This document shows, piece after piece, positions 57,601 through 59,891 of a DNA stretch of 64,000 nt. Origin of the DNA: an uncultured virus (IMG/VR IMGVR_UViG_3300045738_001977). Its lineage: Duplodnaviria; Heunggongvirae; Uroviricota; Caudoviricetes. Within the stretch, counting starts at the first letter, position 1. Every line of letters begins with the position of its first letter. The notes under the pieces were generated by a model, which did no database searches, had not been told where the DNA came from, and worked only from the letters and a program-made list of their open reading frames with translations. The stretch lies in IMG/VR virus record IMGVR_UViG_3300045738_001977. The stretch is one strand, 5' to 3'. Made by a program: the position numbers and the translations under genes.

Positions 57601-59862
57601 ATTAAAGCTGAAAACAAAGCAACGGGTGGACAAGCAGAAGTCAGAACAAGCCCCACCTTACATGTCGCTGCAAGGGGGCAAGAAAAATGGCCATTCGCAA
57701 AGAGTCATCCCGAAGGAATACAAGCTGCCATAGCTAATTCTAAGGCAACTCAGATTCCAAATTTTGCACCACCAGCCAAACCTGACGGAGCAACAACTGC
57801 GCTGGCGAAAGTAGAGAAAGATTTAGCAGATAAAATCAAAAGATTAACAAACACACTATCGACGACGGGTGAAAGGTTACTACCAGTCGGTGACGGATTA
57901 AGCCAATTAGCTACTATAGAAAAAGGTCAAATCAAAGCGGTACAAAAATCTACCAACGCATACCAAAAAGCCGTAAGGAACAAAGCTAGCGCCGTCGACA
58001 TTGCCACAGCTTTCAAAAACGCTCAAAAAGCTCAAACCGAGTTATCACGAACACAGACAGACATAACAAGCATAAAAGAAATAAAAAGACTGGAGAAAAT
58101 TGACAAAAAATCCGGCCAAGCCAAAATAACAGGCGCCACCACTATACAAGGCGTATCCGCACAACGCGGATTAAAGGGGACTGTCATTGATCCAACACGA
58201 GCAAGAGCAAAACCAAAAGCAGGACCAACTAAAACCGGAGGATGGCAAAACATAGTACCCGGGGCCGGAGCAGGTTCCGGAGGAGGAGCGTCAGGAATCC
58301 CCGGGGTTGTAGGCAGAGCGCACTCTGCGTCAGCAGCGCTTGGACGACGTCACCCAAGGCCAGCTCCAACCGGAACAACGTATAGTGATCCCAGCGGCGT
58401 TAGAATTACAAGACCCTCTGTTACCGGACCAACGCCCGCCGCTACTGGAGCTGTCACTCCACCCACCGGTACACCCACGTTCACAACAGCGCCTCCAACA
58501 ATTCGTCCCGCTGCGGCTCCAGCGCCACCCGCTCGCGCGGCGCCGCTTGAAGACCCAAGATCATTTAAGGGAAAAATGCAACGAATACGGCTCCAAAAGC
58601 AAGCTGAAAAAGATGCGCAAGCTGCGGCTAATAGAGCGTCAAGAGGACCGGGAGGCCCCGCTGCACCCGCTCCCCCTACCGGAATGGGTGGCCCCCCGGG
58701 AGGACAAGTTCAACGCGAAGATCAAGAAGTTGATTACGAAGTAGAACAATCTACGGAAAATCTACTAAATATTAAAACAACAATAGAACAACTTACAGCC
58801 CAAGCAAAACAAGACAGGTCAGATATGGGCGCAGGCAAGGCTGGAGCATCCGCAAGGTTTGCTCAAACCCAAGCAGAATTAACCAAAGCCATAGAAGAGC
58901 GAGAAAAAGCGTGGAGAAAAGACGAGAAACTTAAATCACCCGAGGCGAAAAAAGCAAGAACGCTCAAGAAAAGATTAGGAAAACATGCGAAACCGTTAAC
59001 ATTTGAAAGAACTGGTGAAGATACCGAAGGCGCTAGCGCCATGATGCAACCGGCTTTCGGAGATCCTCTAGGCTCAAGATTTAACACGGCAGGCGGTGGC
59101 GAAGGGGTTGGCCAACAACAAACGTACAACCTTGGAGATGGAAGGACAATTAACCTCGGCGCCGGAGGGTTGTCGTCTGCGGCGGCACTTGCAATGGTCC
59201 CGGGCATGGCGACAGGAAGCACCAGTGGTCCTCGCGGCGGAGCCCCCGGCGTTTCAGCCACAACTTCCTCGACCACAACTGGGATGCCCCCCGGCGTTTC
59301 GGCCACAACTTCCTCGGCCGCAACTGGGATACCCGCTCTAACTGGTCAAGCAGCCATGGTCCAAGGTTTACCCGCTGATACGAGCGACCAACGTGAAACA
59401 CGCGAACGAGCTCTTAGGGCAACGTATCCGGATAGAGACCCAGTGCGCGCAGGTGGAGAAACAGGCAATGCTGAAGGCGACGGAGAAAGGATCGTAAAAG
59501 CAATGACAGACGCTATCAACGCGTCTTTCGCGACGAGCATACCGAAATTTGCCGACGCAATGAGCGCTAAGATTGGCGAAATATTCTCAACAAATAACAA
59601 ACCAGAAACCGGTGGTGACGCTGAAACACCAACAGAGTTTGTTAGCACTGGTGGAGATGAAGGCGCCATATCTGGCACAATAAAACACGATCTAGGAGAA
59701 CTTGATGGTCATTTCACAATGGAAATAGGCGGAAAACTTGAAGGAGTAGGTTTGTCGGCGGAAGAAATAAATAATTTAATTATAGCTAAAATCGGAGAAG
59801 AATTTGAAAAACTAGGAATAGAATATACAGCGGCACCGCCAACTAATATACAAAACGTATAA
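36607..59862 (+). CDS. Giant (7,751 aa) tape-measure protein with embedded P-loop kinase and HxGH nucleotidyltransferase domains and repeated G[FY][VI]PNF motifs
   Basis: The N-terminal ~400 aa match TP901-type TMP cores ('EVEKALTDINVIL...AEAASELARQGL...FAVSAADLAEAIKRVGSTA..AGVSLEEL......RGGAVIGNAFKTIFTR'). Canonical position after chaperones. APGAGKTS at 39733; GAFSPPHKGH at 40171. Confidence 0.88.
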   Translation: MADIRVRVAGETTQLQKDIKRALKGGYSLGSLDGKGVSQPLGKIKGQLGEFDKSMEAANARVIAFGASTGAIYAVATAIQHMVKSAIEVEKALTDINVILGATSTNLEKFGNSLFAIASATGQSFKTIAEAASELARQGLGVEESLGRVRDAMILARISGLDAADAVSSLTAVLNGFTKAAYESNEVVNKIVAVDAAFAVSAADLAEAIKRVGSTAAEAGVSLEELLAITAATQQVTARGGAVIGNAFKTIFTRMQRPRVIEALKAVGVETKNASGSSLGLMKVLENMAKSYDKMNSAQKSVVAEMVGGVFQVNILKAALGDLSKETSLYGQALKIANSATTEANDRNNELNQTISSQLIKTMNNLVRVGAKVGELTFGPALEKSLAGVNSILGKAGDKDGGGESIGKKLAKGLLSGIGSVISGPGIAFITLGIMKLFQKLVSFASDAMGSMSGLNSKSKETAAIQSQVLQYLQKNPAVIAGINAGLVTEKQLHSDILSMLRRQNDELDEQEKVANRIAQKMQRSGARVSTATGAREGTIRGGGAAIGYVPNLSEKKYEETRARQLGAPPSVQAKHYPQGKIKGKPFTANDQEDVLSPRQMQKQYGVTPQKGEYTVLPKYGKVGQQRKKELKQKIEKAQKPINFSGGFVPNFITENDVEKFKKSTFNKRKFGKKRGAVKTQGTKPTAGQMLGYMNQNINQIDDAELKTYIDLNRQGKILLNWPRGGGKPSEQTQARISQMSGGKAGTSKKAGRTKEERGAGLSAADIEGPILPVLKLQTGGETAEIGQRTAGFGLKIKNVEKDFNKHFNAEYGKLVGNMGAKMFQGKPELQKAFKPQKLAADAQGQVKGHVWESFVRGMMQEEKAVVSKRVDVSKGTKVRPEFQSLFPKQLHKGGFEIRAGGISGPDAVGKMEESGISTTFKKLGAGYTTTKGGRRKLSHKEARELYEYEHGEKPSFAPAHDMAKGTSSAVDFGSKKKGGIRRMVLDSDFLKQHYAKMGPEAAQQSMSAQLDGDPKPNIKKLFDKIATQAQQKGKRTTLVNAAPGAGKTSFAMGKKGTQITSIGDLDRGSKLVILRAVERGENLVKEPYFNKADRVMHLDVPPEEIDRRRAQRDKSIRAGTSKTAYGRPVGSTEFAGKDFSAAEARVAEEFSGTSGKFKSLQAGKEKWRMKGASEIEKIHDTPMVMTAGAFSPPHKGHGTIFKKMLKDAEKTGAVPIAAVSKGEGRTGDVGLTIREKRKLIETEYPEMQTMGISGFGGIPEVMRGPDGRLIRAKAGKSKVILGSDRVSDSVGAGFRKKGMEVEGVARDLNSKGMDATDAISATKVRSAILGGRVGEAKQALDPRIGEILTRPENVNRMNKRAAVIAEKKQKEKGINTLVDAEFRNLTKIAVNKGIRGAGEKPISRLVGPVTKSDDPEVIASIGRIKDLRENEKTRIKKDYDHRVAQMARDNPMSMGSGYIPNFAIMRKYSKGKNVMSFDGTIDDIVTSIESGGPELKKIIENANKSLVSTREGKGTKKAPGPFAHVEDTSYGSLAPIEKTDKFTSRTKFVKITPKEIKAFQDRHHPEKFPDNVAAEFVMAEKYGGFVTGKDQYHGGSAAEAKRQKIRGIGESQKRTVKQRPNKRSTGEGALGDKYSQDILFPKGGDTHGLGAVSADTKWKDNISAPNKGKGLGKPKIEEFYGATIGKHARDSLSRGLVDRQFKEAKQTRVDKIDFGLGLMGTKEKALKKLPGSSPKKKAARSSGRKSEGYIPNFAKKRTGGIKAAIEREESAGHKAKVLYSDRLQSPVVVNEKQVKKHGPNADAIIRGDHVNQGQGGSKTNLMKSGSGKEMYDDGFVPNFMGGGGFMGSMGLGMFGFIAQFDSLKRSLDPVQKELHKTSKELGRWQIDLDKLDRSLEKTRGELHELGAENVKLKDVGGGKYETEDPRLAGVLSSANMPALQTEADRIRGGASGPGAEKAAMEQAVTEARTAELQAQEGRDVGERGRKETQLTGGQDKVEALEKRAQAEEEFKNKLSAGAMAVGMAMSVAAGMIQDETSRWKKGMEAAGQGAQMAATAMFMIPGPIGLSIGAVLGIATAARGIFHAMTDVGPKLKKAFEQGREELTKFSNGIQKYTQLYQKNMQAHEDPNTSAQTLIRLNRQMAEALMDVPLAYRAQIASAKNMTQMQEEMANALAEKTRSVQQMEVSAKIGQKLDDSRGMLPDTGQDLMRWIGLKKLGQTIGMVDKEPYNPKTRGGRMEAKAVANKLLTSLSETQLDTVMNFQEQVIDNDDNRRALPGSGKETTAALRLSGELMRDVSSIEELVDVLEDMRKNGAAVSMIMARVSAGAARMKEQLEVEKDLSRIRGEQKHWNEQLSDSLKASVNSYNQAKSAYAQFLQLIGKKMAFREKMIQERGSKFGKIGGRTAREIKYKEVELDMKRLAPFMSAGDASRKKEQLAMVRMLDKNAKSIEAVLTPVASDMGAIVQKQVASVKLQAKQLETGTPGAGGSKDKWVAATKKVKKALDLQEMVFFQEREEIGKGFTPEQIYQRRENLMASPLAKEVLGGGKISQIMTDLGTKVMVTNQKLSEMKIEQLKQLKAMLHGNIVAERMRQDKVDLKTMGGIEAFLNPSAFKPLEQAYNKSLTNLSRGREYGSQETRGRGAMQYLLSMKQMTGGSLDAKSPMVERYRREAISGKMTDEANKWRSLADREFQEAGRAPVGSRDRSDRLAAADYAMGRSEDVEGLTRTATKQVDAKLKLDNTIIGNLQDMNSWLKQIKEVLDLKTTENDRILSRALEKTTAGPDAERVDRQVFNFRQQIKMQQQQAEDIASTKEHINNIFAVMKKVAVASKGEYDTEDMEDSFTMQGMNNFFNQAKYVQPYERNEKGQFYSTKTKGFEDNVALKDRKQIAGNPLVKAMALIKKQMGDIQERTTGKRGENWTKGDVGMQKRYGARGKVTGREYVARHEGGDREAYRRLTSELILIKGMMKSSDIADTFTDTMKGGANRMVAEQALRVQSGVDQHGKPLPEGGGGYGQSSKEAPQVTPRGVPIYSGGAEDRKVDAQVDAAYDAGHRWDVVSGGEPEGFRDFQRIGMENAKLTSDPICECIRALGNKFADYGGNYKMSGVEKNQPFPKDVGAAFPTGPGLPQTLPLVPMVAAATTGIPAIVRAISTGWNKVKQGWDKATKSRFAQEIKSRAARFKEAGGFKGAGKRFAAAYRSPETYKGAERKTLTRAGLKQLAGGQQQLEMFSKTGGQGQYLGEEPTYRMDKNTLSQRAGGFLGRNLPKFMGGQGFAGDAVKWREGGGMGRLKDKGAEAVSKIRASMEPLLQKYADFSGRAPERREEVGKSLKKLLQKYADFSGRAPERRAAVGKGFKDFWEGMKGQKFETTPSKFGHDPGRAQRAGIKTFDALLKIMNKISGGTTDLVTLQQKGLNTSKAGWANMKAWNTVMGAIKAIPNIFVGAVQGLAGGGEGWRSGGFGGKSGAWSEKGIDKLIRGISKGVGYVVGAVPRAIIKGIWKAMPLELVPPTAPETAKAIEAAKVKAMPRTGIGGGISDAIAEKSGASGETKASRGKLKWNFGKGALGSLGEFADIGQMRTRFSGADAEKTWQAKVAKRQTAYEKGGKARLQAKMTVAGKGEIAPVQVPIKAGAKERWMRANARDGRVGGMGSQRGVGSGGGVVRHWIDAARRQVFGREMGGLGKGHRQNLALSEEGGKLGAGKTFTDRFTGKGGTEIQRGTIGKWLTSPLKSASAAWKGEGWAGAGRGSLYDRTAERVKGWHGAKMEGAQGPGALAGAKRAGLTGLGYAGRGIDATRSFMQKPLPSLGGRMAMTYGIGKAISGVTSAAAGDPHRDMADKKGFWEKGLSRNLLGSFTKTGRKEKGHLENLSGGLIDTTSWTHQGRTGESGSTDFRWRGKEAVDATLINTVAAGIFRNLSGEMGASQFAKQYATNAAGQVPVYSQGYSHAMDATSNTGKFFGTKTTGYLADTSAKGVRGALGKGIEGLGKLLDKVTGASSRAIINPPIRSTGQGFSIGQTGKAATTSAPLGAANLLKGGLIHVVGSALGDFIRAQAGEFEGGGAADIGGFMTKVGAAAYGGTVATGGNFVGGAISGIIEAGFEFKQIGNDVGALNDQMNELGNLYGSTANQYRTHFNSWASDMTMSGKHMKKFGDTFKAIGEWKATQQETMGATARESRPGVGSFIWDAVTLGGREGSTDKKIYEATSGAREKEAAALEVLRKKVLQLARDLGRTKDGIVKFAKITNVAGELVTNAYKMDIRTAGGGGLQQMSDRLLKDAVAGRGIKERETARQDAIDKHKRSKSIGLSVAGQFGQGSFGGAITDENAQIKMARAVALGKLAKKEELAVSKVPSRYQPEARRQSEARMKQIAPQSFAKWEEGGKKNAFSVFLKEGRDALTKTQGSKPSPMDRAKTGRQQSEFGSFYAYEEMFKQSSDQSSQRGQGVMIGIMTRQLHELRMIREINDGWSRASGTSGVPKRATFIKTKPEEHQRTAYAGKTAGIQIVTAMNNAVAQQQAAQGRPYQQPAQNRPWPQRPAQPGAAQPAQPGTARPGTARPGTARPGTAQPAQSGAPQPGPTDSSAVDAARYAAGAPPLNSPTAPPPPALFGMSQVGGVNIYAQNTQATSDHYRDLAGAGRRAGPGPRQLAQYKNDGWDGTGSGAHWAGEPGAMGTPNRGSTVVLVEQRSRAMQPGADINQAPYASGGTPPADAASSIISDGQRMVLQAVAAARAAMEELERMKQPAESPYGDTMGDPTDIAAQTKIVKTLKDKVISLGGKIGAVVGRKKAEDAAPDALKGPAGAVGEVAGRAQGAATTKQFIDAISGISLGDQMIATAIVSGFQALVTAAKDPSKAGDVSGLGNIIKDFLTRSQVSNFSGGSGRAGSPPTTETPEAPTPAKPVVPTLAKKPVVPTPAKQAPSPNTLPTDKVDPDTGLPSSAANAIPNADFMDSRARAQGVDPTTGLPTAGISQLGVDPLTGLPTGGGPGGGGGSGSGGGYGGGGATLDTGVQAALSATPVTGDPTSLPVGAFAPGTALQDMGGSRPLKTDPMWSKGLAPNWAKAEENKDAINQRPIPVGMTKFNAMGEDVPLRELTAFEAGGIQGLENRDVKLRIGQGKLATTPDQRQGLTRAIATGMQRPVDEGGFGMTAVRHSYVGGQEAVPGVAMSAGTLGARHGVPYGGAYSGSKSSKVAGGVATTRIISASEGKVKEAKERLEKARKARSNYKGKKGLNEPKWVELDKKFAEAQYELEALQAGGETETSQERNVGVAAKTSAQPSQPAFRRKIPTQGGAGYTSTGTYEFRHEKKTDEEARRLLGEQAAVAGGERQANYSTTPGVRRVKPGSQIISQLKPIEHAGVPIDNSKMTEGHFDKGMFFGPYADQSYNPNAQIGTSGSNAQEELTTLRGKLEGPNALGKNEYAILASEETGQEKIQGPKGTRGKIDAVLRNMTVGDLYRGTQAETVNKRSGRPQSPQQRIKFGGKAANLETSKGTMASWDEFSTGMEQIRYSLGGEIDPFNMAEQTPGLGGKRLSDVARAEGELLYTNKRKVDGKTQVTGREGAGRLYARQGRYELGKSGFNQNTGEGIYGTGILAQQSAFMQGPLRAQTGIFGQAMERYRGGGAALTEQEFAGGPKSQFQKQLFQIKSAQVGTFDRGQGKQGDFSPGGIAAYGKKGMRSQLKRELDKDGKTERWMFRGKEVKRGSDLARRISTGTQSTLGYRTENDAKTKLGLKKDGGTYDSSKRYSLQGQAEYAAEQYRSAKDDKGRERAKRLAPKGLDLWNEDSAYRKGLDKLQQEGLTTEGLGAGDISQYGRRFRRDNEGNLQRKAQEDTKGFVVNERIAQKFEEKKISNERAGTVIPGGKRTEDQLRTAGREEMLGLEPGQLTAEQKKQIETQRRARPEEGLTDAQRTKLQSQRTAKRTTQRAALTDKTASSYAGTTGGEAEFKRISANYNKLMEARGGEKLSDAELKDFLAGETKGALQPPDERRGNLRIRSEKVGQGAAWVEAGGDPSKLHRAQVEAEKHQAEVERAPETTYVGSSRGVYKLSGEGERKRRIEEAENEKIAAQEELVAHRAPTTDRFGGQEAAETLQANLRNIWRVGSEGFSNAMPTALQQFAASGAFSVDEQKNLATAATRADAQGTFGLPIFGEGDTGGGLTGESFAKALKDSAHEKKKIRLSEKQLDKLNQIIDALRTGSPEEQATGDRLEAVANAITERGTLGGGRAGAGQAGGFVPNFSRAAEEANMPAGAKAYYDGSVQINGQKGAWLNTSEKVFRGVGKNGDSAVLNEKMMRAAANAADGFVPNFAGGMSLAQKATEKPEDRKARISKEKRLNLRLAGAAKERKPEKKPWYKFWSEGFVPNFGGWWSDMKTGGSMLVGLATGGALGDSSAENDLAGADASNFKRGEMTRRSTLQNWNAGATGAKYLGDGAQGALTIATGGASASIVAGAKAVSTKAVGKLTTSYAAAGKGGQAIARNAGNIDNTISVVSSGTPALYASRAGGFVPNFQPRGGRRNPFAAVMATPQVGTTSGPATIAAPGRRGGGRQTSLGPAPIAAPGRRGGGRPQPRVGARPQSGRSSDSASTTVREPTAKDIADLQQEERNFQAARALAARRAPEIAAAHKAYLEAKGTIYEKGRLRLRDELIKEIWGAGSTIATPTAPAAPAPRDPTPEEITAAVEEERAFQKAEAVAKAKQQVKIAKEAAEKKRAKALAEHRGYDRETGGTRKLEVSLNDKYGNIYTNKSAKTGQRFTAFSPDGKAIGMYEVVPSVGEGFNEKTGKGTSRLQAVQGLGKGPGTLPPGTILRNINRMAEESQEKSAGKTEGATWRSDKLQETKPVLAAKHIPTPAAPALAAPALATVATPADESKADRKKRKQGRRKKRAEKKAGQNIPPSTAPLVPTKSPPESGHVMNYDPKSGSYLITNGSLGDVGQIIGPDGKVLGEITVTGEHSKRKEGNLMTVATSTMPPGTDPTGSIVRWGKKEAKYSGFVPNFSTGLERAIKAENKATGGQAEVRTSPTLHVAARGQEKWPFAKSHPEGIQAAIANSKATQIPNFAPPAKPDGATTALAKVEKDLADKIKRLTNTLSTTGERLLPVGDGLSQLATIEKGQIKAVQKSTNAYQKAVRNKASAVDIATAFKNAQKAQTELSRTQTDITSIKEIKRLEKIDKKSGQAKITGATTIQGVSAQRGLKGTVIDPTRARAKPKAGPTKTGGWQNIVPGAGAGSGGGASGIPGVVGRAHSASAALGRRHPRPAPTGTTYSDPSGVRITRPSVTGPTPAATGAVTPPTGTPTFTTAPPTIRPAAAPAPPARAAPLEDPRSFKGKMQRIRLQKQAEKDAQAAANRASRGPGGPAAPAPPTGMGGPPGGQVQREDQEVDYEVEQSTENLLNIKTTIEQLTAQAKQDRSDMGAGKAGASARFAQTQAELTKAIEEREKAWRKDEKLKSPEAKKARTLKKRLGKHAKPLTFERTGEDTEGASAMMQPAFGDPLGSRFNTAGGGEGVGQQQTYNLGDGRTINLGAGGLSSAAALAMVPGMATGSTSGPRGGAPGVSATTSSTTTGMPPGVSATTSSAATGIPALTGQAAMVQGLPADTSDQRETRERALRATYPDRDPVRAGGETGNAEGDGERIVKAMTDAINASFATSIPKFADAMSAKIGEIFSTNNKPETGGDAETPTEFVSTGGDEGAISGTIKHDLGELDGHFTMEIGGKLEGVGLSAEEINNLIIAKIGEEFEKLGIEYTAAPPTNIQNV
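46529..46649 (+). repeat. 46-bp exact direct repeat (LLQKYADFSGRAPERR x2) in TMP
   Basis: Copies at 46529-46574 and 46604-46649, period 75 nt. Confidence 0.9.
50212..50330 (+). repeat. 15-nt tandem repeat (PGTAR/PGAAQ) in TMP
   Basis: cccggcactgcacga-type units. Confidence 0.85.
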
Positions 59863-59888
59863 TAAAAACACAGGAAAAAGGAAAAAGG
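59857..59888 (+). promoter_or_regulatory. GTATAATAA variant plus two overlapping AGGAAAAAGG motifs
   Basis: Overlaps the TMP stop; AGGAAAAAGG at 59872-59881 and 59879-59888; ATG at 59892. Confidence 0.45.
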
Positions 59889-59891
59889 AAA

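Noticed and set aside
36607..59862. Intein or homing endonuclease explaining the TMP size
   Set aside because: No intein splice-junction motifs or LAGLIDADG/HNH signatures were recognised.
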